Part shown: in pieces, positions 1-10,360 of the stretch | Numbering within the stretch: the first letter of the stretch is position 1 | Layout: every line of letters starts with the position of its first letter | Source of the DNA: Lingula anatina | Lineage: Eukaryota; Animalia; Brachiopoda | NCBI GenBank assembly: GCA_051362555.1 | Contig: CM120640.1 | Coordinates: 66,628,788-66,692,787 of the forward strand | Direction: 5' to 3' | Length of the DNA: 64,000 nucleotides | Translations under genes and position numbers: made by a program | Notes under the pieces: model-generated | What the model was told of the DNA's origin: nothing | Database searches by the model: none | Seen by the model: the letters and a program-made list of their open reading frames with translations, nothing else

Positions 1-107
1 CGAAGGGGGGTTCCACATATGCGAAGCTATCCCCATTTTAAATAAATATACCGTTCTGGGTAATAAGAATATTGAAACTTTCTTAATTGCGAGACTATTT
101 CTGACTA

Positions 108-622
108 AATAATAATAATAATAATTTTATTGAGCATTAAAATGTGTACATTTACATTTTACAAGCTCTCTAAACTACAGTTTTACATAAATTGTAATTG
201 TATACACTGAAATAAGTATAACTTCTTTAGATCATTCCATTGCCAAAATACATGTAAGCTAACTACTTCATTCACAATATAATAATACTGAATATAGTAT
301 TTTGTACAATATGCCTTTGCTACTTAGGCATAACTGACTGTATAAACTTGGCCACTGCTGATGCACTTGCACGACACTGTGGATTGAGAATCTGTATTAT
401 TTTGCTATCGTCATCAGTGCCTGATAGACCAGAGAATCGTGACAGGGAATCAAACATTCTTTTACGCTCACGTTGATGCTGAGTGCAGATCAGGAGAAAA
501 TGCTTTTCGTCTTCGATAACATTTTTGCAGTGTGGACAAAATCTTTCTTCCATTGGTGTTTTAGGATATGTATGTCTCCCTCTTTCAATTTGTAAATTGT
601 GGTCACTAAGCCTGAGTTTTGA
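108..622 (-). mobile_element. 3' end fragment of a non-LTR retrotransposon (LINE ORF2 C-terminal CCHC region plus (TTA)n tail)
   Basis: The minus frame reads KLRLSDHNLQIERGRH...EERFCPHC...EDEKHFLLIC, typical of LINE ORF2 C-termini. The (AAT)n run at ~108-125 is the tail. Confidence 0.75.
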
Positions 623-714
623 TGATATTATTATTTATGGAAATTAAGCTGCGATGTGTGGTACATATGCTGTGAATACGCTGTCCTTCATCTGTTGCGT
701 TAGTCTACATTTTG

Positions 715-769
715 CTGGGAATTTTAAAAATCTGTGCGTACAATTTTTAAAGGTCTGGTTACGCCCCTG
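715..769. mobile_element. End of a hAT-like MITE (…GGTTACGCCCCTG) that truncates the Gypsy copy
   Basis: The same terminus and ~55 bp subterminal sequence recur at 31835-31892. The complementary end CAGGGGCGTAACC is at 21161. Confidence 0.55.
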
Positions 770-3520
770 ACTTCCTCCCCCTCTTCACCAATTAAGACAG
801 TAGGATCTTCCACCAGATCAGTGTCATCATAATCAGGGACAAAACAGGCTTCATCTAGCATGTCTAAATCATCCATATCTGAAATAAACTTATACAAGGT
901 TTTATTTTCTTGAATAAAAATAACATGATAATGATCTTTTCTTTCAAATGAATATTAACATAATTTTACATAGTATTAAGTTACTAACATAGCATTACAG
1001 CATTGCCGCATTTACTATGTACACATATTATTCAAATAAGAAGCAAAGCAAATTATTTTTATATTAAATCTCTATGAAATATTCTATCATCAAAATATGT
1101 AATAAGAAGAGAATTGTTACCTCAAGAATCTCTAATCCAACTACATGCAAAACACATGCTAAACTGCAAGGTATTAGTTTGAACTGTGTAACAATGTTAA
1201 TAAATATTCAATGGTTTTTTTTTCAAGCCAAAATAGTAACCATAATTCAAAAAATACAATAATAAAAAAAAAAAATGGATAAACTTATGCAATCTTCAAA
1301 GCATCATGCTCAACAATAAAATTCAAACAAATTTTTAGAAAACATATACCAACTTGGACTGTTGTTTTGATCAAATTACCTGAAATATAACAGGAATTAC
1401 AAACTATAATATACTTTATTAGATATATATATATATTATATTATATATCTGAGCATACATCTACTTCTTAATATCCATATAATTTATATCGGAGGTAATA
1501 AATGATATCTATACATTCTTCTTTTGTTATCTTCTCTTGACACAAATCGATATTTTCAATCATCCAATCAATTCCTTTATCTAACAATAGTCCTTCCTTA
1601 AGTATAGTTCCCATGTACATTGAAAGTCTGGACTTTGAAAGTTTGTGGTATAAAATTGTTGATAGATATGTTGAGCAGAGTGTTTGGTTGTTCGATCCAA
1701 TTTTTGCACCAATTATATTCTTTCTCTGCTAGAATACTGTAAATGTTTGATTCATCCATGGTCTAAAATAAAAAATACAAATAAATAAATTAAGTTCCTT
1801 TTATTTCAGCACTGCCGAAAATTAAGGAAGTATTTATATACAACTATGCATTAACTAATAAACAAAATATATATCAATATAATCATTCTAATGCAAAATC
1901 TCTTAAATGAGATGGCATCTTAATTTGTCTACCAAATCTTGATCTTTTTACAATTGGTTCCACCAATTGTGGTTCATTCAAATGAAAATCACCCTCTCTT
2001 TCAACAAATTTTCTTAATCTGTCATGATGTACCACCTGGATTTTTCCTTTTTTATCTTTAATTGTATAGAGAGGTGGGGATGCTTTGATAACATCATATG
2101 GTCCTCTATATAAGGGTCTAAGTTTCTTACTTTCTCCCTTTTTATGACTTTCATCCCTCAAATATACATGTTCCTTCTGACCACAAGTATAGTCACTCTC
2201 TCTTAACTTTGCATCGTACAATTGTTTTTGACGTTTTTGAACACATTTCAATTTTCTCTAGCCATTTCATGTGACCTATTTAGGCTTTCACTCAAGTTTT
2301 TCAACCATTCATGAGTCTCATATGGTATCAAATTTTCATTCACACAACCTGTTAGTAAGTGCAATGGCATAAAAACTTCTCTCCCTAACATCATCATGTT
2401 AGGAGTAAACCCTGTTGATGCATTCACAGTTGAAGGTAATGCCATAACTAATTGAGGTAAATCCCTATCCCAATATCTCACATTCCCTTCTACATTACAT
2501 CTAATCAACTTGTCCATTAGCACTTGCTCTAAAACCAGTTGTTCTAAGTTGTTTGATTTCTAATAATCTACACAAATTTCTAAATAGACTACTTTGAAAA
2601 TTTGACCCTTAATCTGTATATATCTCGTGGACAACCAAAAGTAACTATGAATTTTTCAAAAAATGCTTTTGCTACTAATTCAGCTGTCTGATTTGGCAAT
2701 GCCACACACTCTATCCACTTAGTAAACTGATCTATCATAACCAAAATATAAGAATTCCCAAATTCACTTTGGGTAAACGGTCCAAGTATATCTAAATGAA
2801 CCTTTTCCATAGGAAATCCTGCATGATGTTATTTCATTTTGGCTTTTGGTCGAACAGTACTATGCTTGTTTTTATTGCAAAGTTCACATGAACTTACGTA
2901 CAATTTACAATCTCTATTCATTCCATGCCACTTGAATGATTGTTTGAGTTTTTGCAAAGTTTTCTCATAAGCAAAATGACCAGCTGTTTTTGAATCATGA
3001 CAGAAAAATAAAACTTCATTGACCAAATCTTTTCGTACAATTAAACACATATTTTTCTATCCTCTCTCTTTTCCCATTTGTAATATAAGACATCATTCAA
3101 AAGAATCAATTGCTCTTTGCAATTCCACAATTCTTTCACTGCCATACTACACAAATACAACTCTGACTCTTTCGGTTCACCATTCTCTAACCAACCTATG
3201 ATTATTTTCAAATATGCATCTTTTCTCTGCAAGTCTTTTTTTCAAGTCATATCCTTTCAACCAATTGCATAATTCATCTCTTTCATTCTTAACAGTTTTA
3301 TCATTTGTATCAGCCCTCTGACACATCAAAACTGAACTGAATTTTTCACAATTCGTTTCATTCTTCATATCACCAACTGCATTCGATTCAATTACATTGT
3401 CATCTGATTTCTTACTTCCCAGAGGAATTACATCATTCACATCAGTCTCAAACCTTGACCAATTTTTAGTCAATTTTGATTTTTTAAAGAACAGATTGCA
3501 TGAACTCAAACATTTGCAGC
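770..3520 (-). mobile_element. Degraded Gypsy/Ty3 internal region, copy 1 (integrase, accessory ORF2, start of ORF3)
   Basis: Frameshifted integrase pieces: HHCC (CHDSKTAGH...CELC), core (VHLDILGP, MIDQFTKWIEC), GPY motif (PLYRGPYDV, VVHHDRLRKF). 770-2430 aligns with 14020-15600. Confidence 0.9.
1440..1759 (-). pseudogene. Gypsy accessory ORF2, copy 1, with one frameshift near 1640
   Basis: Reads MDESNIYSILAEKEYNWCKNWIEQPNTLLN.../MYMGTILKEGLLLDKGIDWMIENID..., homologous to ORF 14614-14937. Preceded by TTTTAG|ACCATGG. Confidence 0.7.
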
Positions 3521-3696
3521 TGCTGGTTTCTCTGCATTTCCATTTGCTGTCTCTGGACTTTAAATTCCTCTTCCTTCAGCTTACTGTCTCGTTCCAACTT
3601 TTCCATCAAGAATGTTGCTGTCTACAGGTCAATAACTTGAAGCGCAAACTCGGTCATCTTTAAAGTTAACCTTTATTCATTCACGCACCAAGTAGA

Positions 3697-4362
3697 TGTA
3701 ATACAGCACATACAAGTAGTTGTTGTGGTAGTGGTAGTGGTGAAACTAAACAAACAGAAAAACTTAATAATAAATACAATACAATAATTAAATAACAAAT
3801 CACAAAAACTGAAATACAAGAAATGTACATACAAAATGAGAATAAAAGAATGGAGAGAAAGAGAGAGCTACATGTACACTCAAATAGCGACAATGTAAAT
3901 AAAATTATGAAACTTAAATATCATATAGCTATAGTACCTGTAGCTTATACTCACAATATTCGGCTGTTTTTTAGCATACATGTACAGCAGAATGACGGCC
4001 AGGAAAAACAGAATTGTCTAAAAGGATAATATTCATGCCAACTGAATATCAATATAAAAAATTGACTTTAATACAAATACCACCTGACTTAATTAACTAC
4101 AAATAGGTGATGACGGTTTACCAAATTTTCATATCGAAATAAATGTACTAAATGTACATACCCAAAGCGTATTATATGGCTTAATTACCTTATTACATTC
4201 TTAGAGACAACCTGACTTGAGGTTATGATGAGCGTAAAGTGATGACCTAGCGCACATGTTCGTCCTTCGTCTTCATAGTAAATTTAACATTTTACTTTAC
4301 TTATAGAGACATCTACCGGTAGCAATATAAAACAATCTCAACTAACACACTACATCGTCACA
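3697..4362 (-). mobile_element. LTR of a second LTR-retrotransposon family, flanked by a PPT and a PBS
   Basis: Minus strand: PPT AAAAGGGGGGAGAG (4376-4363), LTR TGTGACG...TATTACA, PBS-like TGGTGCGTGA (3690-3681), then a coiled-coil gag-like start (MEKLERDSKLKEEEFK). Confidence 0.65.
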
Positions 4363-7214
4363 CTCTCCCCCCTTTTGACGAACAAAACTCCCCCCTATTA
4401 TTACAATATAAACCATTTCTTTAAATTGTTTAACTAACAATTATTATAATTCAACAACTGAAATCATCCTTTACATTTAAAATAAGCAAGTAAAGCAAAT
4501 AAGTTCATTCTTGTTATACCAAGACTCGACATTTAACTTTAACACAAGCAAAGTCAATCAAGTCCACGTCTCAACACAAATGTCCATCTGTTAAGAAAGC
4601 AAAATAAAGTTTTTAAATCCATTATCACTTTAAATCAACTTAAAAGTAACAAAGTGATTTTAACTCAAAGTTGCTCCAAACAATATTATTAATGATAACA
4701 ATGTCAGTGTGAAATGTCAAATCATTATATAGTCCATTTTTCATCCATGCAGTAAAGTAAATTTCATCTGCCAATACTGTAATGTTCTCGTTATTCTGCC
4801 ACTAGTGTACGGTTCTCTTTATTCTTTTAAAGAATGAACAAAATCGCTGCCACCAACAAAACAGGGTTCTGTTTTGTAATCTTTATTTAGTACCACCAGC
4901 GTGTACGCTGGCGGTACTCATGGTTTTAGTCCCGACCCGTCTCGTCCGGCTCCGCCGGCTCCGTTGGCTCCGCCGGCTCCGCCGGCTCCGTAAGCTCCGC
5001 CGGCTCCGCGTACTGGCGCCGGATACAAGTCACCGTTACCGCTTCTCCTCCTAGACCGCAAGGACCCCTGTCCCCATCTCTTGGATTTAGGTCACATATA
5101 ACCTCAACTTGAACCCCCAGGTTTTTTTGTCTCAGTCGCTGCATTGACCTGGGCGTGACGCTCCTTGAAATGCACCCTTGTCAAAATTTTTGAAAATTCA
5201 ATGCCAATTATCTACCCTACGGAAGGAATTATGGGAAAATTTTCTACAGACAGCTTTCCAAAAGTCATATGTGTAGATTTCAAATATGCCCTTGGATTTG
5301 ACCTTTGACCTTTATTTCAAGGTCAAACGGGCCAAAATTTAAAAAAAAATGAAATTTTTTAAGAAAAAAAATATTATTTGCCCTGTTATTCAGACACCAC
5401 ACAGACTTAACCAATAATATTATTGGAAAGTGTTACCCTTCAGGTCATCTTTCATCTCCATGAATTTGGGGTCAATCGGTGCATTTTCTTGGGAGAAGCG
5501 GCCATAAGATGCCAAAACTGAAAACTGTCTCTAATTCAGGAACCGTTAATGCTAGAGACCCATTCTTTTTTGCATTTTGTAGAGCATGTAAAGCCCAACA
5601 CTGGAGGTGGTCTCCGTTTTTTTGTATTCCAAACGGTTTTCGTGTTATGCTGTATTAAAAAGTACTTTGTGGTGGCACATTATTGTAACTCAGAATTGTA
5701 ACATTTAGTCCCTTATATCTCCAAAACTGGCCGAGATAGGTCAATAGTTATTATTTAAGTTGAATAGGAAGTCATTTACTTGCAATCTAGATGTGAGCTT
5801 GAAATTGACCTTTGACCTACTTTTCACCATGAACTGAACTTTGCAAATTATTGTTCCCTTTTATCTCCAAAACTGGCAGAGATAGGTCAATAGTTACTAT
5901 TGAACTTGAATAGGAAGTCACATACTGGCAATTTAACAGTGACCTTAAAATTGACCTTTGACCTACTTTTCACCATGAATTGAACTTTGCCAATTTTCGT
6001 TCCCTTTAATCCCCAAAACTGACAGAGATAGGTCCATAGTCACTATTGAACTTGAATAGGAAGTCATATACTGACAATTTACTATGACCTTAAATTTGAC
6101 CTTTGACCTACTTTTTACCATGAACTGAACTTTGCAAATTTTTGTTCCCTTTTATCTCCAAAACTGGCAAAGATACGCCCATAGTTACTATTGAATTTGA
6201 ATAGAAAGTCATTAGAGGCAATTTATTAGTACCACCAGCGTATACGCTGGCGGTACTCATGGTTTTAGTCCCGGCCCGTCTCGTACAGCTCCGCCGGCTC
6301 CGCCGGCTCCGTTGGCTCCGCCGGCTCCGCAGTCGGGCGCCGGAAACAAGTCACCGTTACCGCTTCTCCTCCTAGACTGCAAGGACCTGTGTCCCCATCT
6401 CTTGGATTTAGGTCACATATAATCCCAACTTGAACCCCCTGGTATTTTTGTCTCAGTTGGTGCATTGGTCTGGGTGTGATGTTCACTGAAATGCACCCTT
6501 GTCAAAATTTTTGAAAATTTGATGCTAAATATCTCCCAAACTGAAGGAATTATGGAAAAAGTTACTATAGAGGTCTGACCAAAAGTCATATATGGAGTTT
6601 CCAAATATGCCCTTGGATTTGACATTTGACCTTTATTTCAAGGTCAAACAGGCCAAAATTTTCTAAAAATGGGAATTTTCTGCAAAAAAAGAATTGTTTG
6701 TGCCAATTTTCAGAAACTACACAGACCTAAGCTTTCATATTACAGTTAGGGCTACTATTTAGGGACTCCCTTCATCTTCGTGGGTTTGGGGTCATTTGCA
6801 GTCATTTGATGCCGAAACTAAAAACTCTGTAATTGTGGAACTTTTTACACTAGAGACGTCTTGTTTTTTGCATGAAGTACAGCTTGTCAAGCACAATACT
6901 GGAGGTGGTGTCCATTTTCTTATTTTCCATACGGTTTAGGAGTTGCACTTTATTAAATAGTACAACAATGCAATATTCAGTAGTTAACATAAAATGAAAA
7001 AATACTCCCAAAATTAGCAGAGATACGCCCATAGAATTTGAATAGGAAGTCATTAACTAGCAATCTAACTGTGACCTTGATATTGACCTTTGACCTACTT
7101 TTCATGATGAACTTCACTTTGCAAGTTTTCTGGTCCTTATATCATCAAAACTAGCAGAGATACACCCATAGTTACCATTGAACTTGAATAGGAAGTGATA
7201 TACTGACAATCTTA

Positions 7215-7411
7215 GAGCGCATTCCCATAGATTAAGATCGATCTTACTTGATCGACCTAACTCCCTGCAGTTAGCCGACCACACACAGAATTTAATTATC
7301 CCCTTACAGCTTTTAGTAGGCAGGACAGGCACTTAAGCCAGCTAAGCTGACAGTAATCTAGTGAGACTCCCCATGGGGATAGATCGATCTAAAATCTGTG
7401 GAAATGGGGTC
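7215..7411. mobile_element. PIF/Harbinger-type MITE with TTA target-site duplication
   Basis: Imperfect TIR GAGCGCATTCCCATAGATT / AATCTGTGGAAATGGGGTC, with TTA on both sides. Paralogous units show the empty site CAATCTTACTGTG. Confidence 0.75.
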
Positions 7412-9816
7412 TTACTGTAACTTTGAAATTAGCCTTTGACCTTCAAATTGATCTGTGACCTACTTTTCATAATGAACTGCACTAAAAAAAATTCCCTCCC
7501 TTATATCTCCAAAACTGGCAATAGTTGCTATTGATCTTGAATAGGAAGTCATATACTGGGAAACTTTTACTTTGAAATTGACCTTTGACCTATTTTTCAC
7601 CATGAACTGTAGTTTGCAAATTTTCCCACCCTTATAAAATATACTGACAGAGAAATGCCCATAGTTACTATTGAACTTGACTATGAATTTGACCTTTAAC
7701 CTACCTTTCACCACAAACTGCATATTGCAAATTTTCTGATCCTTATATCTCTAATATACACCTATACTTACTGTTTAATTGAATATGGAGTTGTATATTA
7801 ACATATTTGTTATTAAATATAAGGCATGTCTGTTATAAAATATTTTATTTCCAATTGGTATACTTTTAAGAACTCCCAGATAGCAATGAGCGGTCGGGCC
7901 GACGTCGGCATTGGTCGGCACGGTCGCGGTCGGCAGTCGTTGTCGGGCCGACGTCGGGCCACTACTAGTGACCCGACGTCGGGCCGACGACTGCTTCACG
8001 CCGTTGGCCCGACGTCGGTATAACGGTGGCTCATCAGCTGTGCGTCGGGCCACTACTGGTGACCCGACGTCGGGCCGACGACTGCTTCACGCCGTCGGCC
8101 CGACGTCGGTATAACGGTGGCTCACCAGCTGTGCTCGATTTGCACTAAGCGGCCAATTTCAAATCGAGGTCACCCACACTAAGCGGCCATAGATCGTTGC
8201 AAGTGCACTTGACGGTTATTTCATATTTTCCGTATTTTGCACCAAATTGTTAGGTAAGTATTTGCTTTAAAGTGTTTATGTTTTTCGTACTATAGGTGGA
8301 GGTTTATTTGTTGTAGATGAATTAACGAAAACAAGCAAATCTGTCGATAATTTGTTAGTCGTAGCTGCAGGCAGTTGGCGCGCTGCATGCCACCTTTGAA
8401 CCAACGTCGGGGCGACGTTGGGTTTCCGGCGGCCAAAAAGATTTTCCCGCTCAAATTCTTTTATGCTTTGAAAGACATTTCAATTACCACATTTCATGTA
8501 TAGACAATTTATAAATGTGAATGAGCAACGTTCTAGTACTTTTTTTTGTACCTAGGAGTATATATTGTTTATATTTTCTCTAGTTGAATTTGAAATGCTT
8601 ATATAATAGGGGTATATAGCAAGGCTGCATGATACTAACATGTAAACTTATAATGTCAGCATGGGTTTAACACTGGATAAACCTAATGGCATACATTCCA
8701 AACTCAGTTTAGCATTAAGGGGTATAATGTCCACTCAGATTTGTACAGGTTTTCTGTTCAAAAATGGACCTCAGTAGGCTAACCTAAAATATCCAGAAGT
8801 GGTTCTTTTAGGGAGGGGGGGGGGGGGGGGGCAAGTTTAAATTGAATTTTTTTCTAGATGTTTAGTCAAATACCCACAGGGTATGATATAATAATGTTTC
8901 TTTTTTGGTTTAGGCTCATAATTAGACAAGGCATTTTGTGCACATTACAAAGCCACACTTAATATGTATCTCATATTTCTCTTATAGTCTTCCATCATGC
9001 ATTACTACCTATTTGTCGCCTGTGTTGAGCAGTCAATCCTCACAAGAAAATACACTTGAAAGGTATATGTGTATATAGTTAAAGTGCTTCAGTGTGTCAT
9101 TGCCATGGTAAGATGCAGTAGTTTAACTTATATCATCCCTATCAATGGATTAAGTAGTAAACAACTAAGAAATTAATTTAGCCTACTTCTTGCCTGCGAC
9201 TCTCTTCTGGAATTTAGTACATTATTCTTCTTAAAATATATGTAAGTGACAGGGATGGGGGTAGGAGGAGGAGGCTGGAGAAGAAGAAGGGTAATATATT
9301 TAGCAGAGTAACCACTTCCCTGGAAAATAATTACATTATTTCGTCTACATTTCAAAGTATACATTAACAACTTCATTTCAATATGCAACATTACGAATAA
9401 GCGCGGGTGGATTGGATGCGAACTAAGAAATAAGTCATTAGAAGACAACTGAAACCAACGGTTCAATAATACGATAGAGAAACATGGATTGTTGATTCGT
9501 TGCGGCCAAAATCGAGCGTATAAAACTAACCTGTCTGTCCCTGACCTCATAAAGTTTAGAACATTTCACATCGCAAATAGAAAAAATAATAGTTAGAGAA
9601 ACGTGGATCAGTATCATGCTAGATTCCTTAAGCTTGGTTTCAGTTGTCTTCTTAGCCGTTTTTTATTTTGCATATCAGTGAAATAACATATGATATTAAC
9701 GGTGAATTTTGTATGTTTTATTAGATTAAGTGTGAGTTTTTATATTTTTTCTATTCTCTTCACAGAGAGAGAAGCAGCCCAGGCGCCGCAGCAGAGTTCC
9801 TCAGATGAATCTTAGT

Positions 9817-9878
9817 CATCATCATCATCCCTCTTCGTCCCGTGTGGGAATTAAGGCCACAGTCACTTCTTTCCAGCG
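9817..9878 (-). mobile_element. Short RTE-like LINE 3' end with (TGA)n tail
   Basis: Minus strand reads RWKEVTVALIPTRDEEG* followed by (TGA)n. Confidence 0.45.
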
Positions 9879-9880
9879 TA

Positions 9881-10360
9881 GTGTCGTAGTCAAAGATATG
9901 CTGCAAATCTTGCGACTCACAGAGCGTCATCTATTTGATATGATGTTAACAATGCCATCAAATGTACGTCGGGGAAACGAGGCAGAAATTAAAAGACAGA
10001 ATTAGACACCACCGCTGCCCTATAAACAACAAAAACCTCTTCGTGCCTGTGGGACAACACAACACTCAGCTAAAGACATCACCGTCACCGTCTTAAAAGG
10101 AAACGACACTAGGCAAAGACGGATCGTCGTACAGAAATGTATTAGAACACTAGACACCTTGAATAATGGACTCAGTAGGGACAATAGTTTCTTAAATGAA
10201 TATTGATTTTTTATATGTTACGTTTAGCGTTTAGGACGCTTTTGCAGCATCGCGTGCCTTTAACACATCATCGACGCCACATACCCCAGGAGTTTTTCTT
10301 CATTTTTTTAATGTCTCTGAAGAAGGCCTAGGGACCGAAAGCTTGGATTATATATGACAT
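9881..10360 (+). mobile_element. Penelope-like element 3' fragment (degraded GIY-YIG endonuclease and 3' UTR)
   Basis: Reads SCDSQSVIYLI*C*QCHQMYVGETRQKLKDRIRHHR...PVGQH...RTLDTLNNGLSRD, with the stop at 10204-10206. This matches the Penelope GIY-YIG pattern. Confidence 0.85.
10308..10352 (+). ncRNA. Minimal hammerhead-ribozyme-like motif in the Penelope 3' UTR
   Basis: CTGAAGA (10317-10323), an imperfect stem II, GAAA (10337-10340) and palindromic AAGCTT. Stem I is degenerate. Confidence 0.55.

Noticed and set aside
4842-4853. TGGTGGCAGCG as the functional PBS
   Set aside because: No adjacent LTR CA end. It lies within the rejoined LTR, whose end fits better at 4806.
4926-6486. PAEPAEP ORFs (also 51604-51933)
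   Set aside because: Translations of the HINE 9-bp microsatellite, in different frames among copies.
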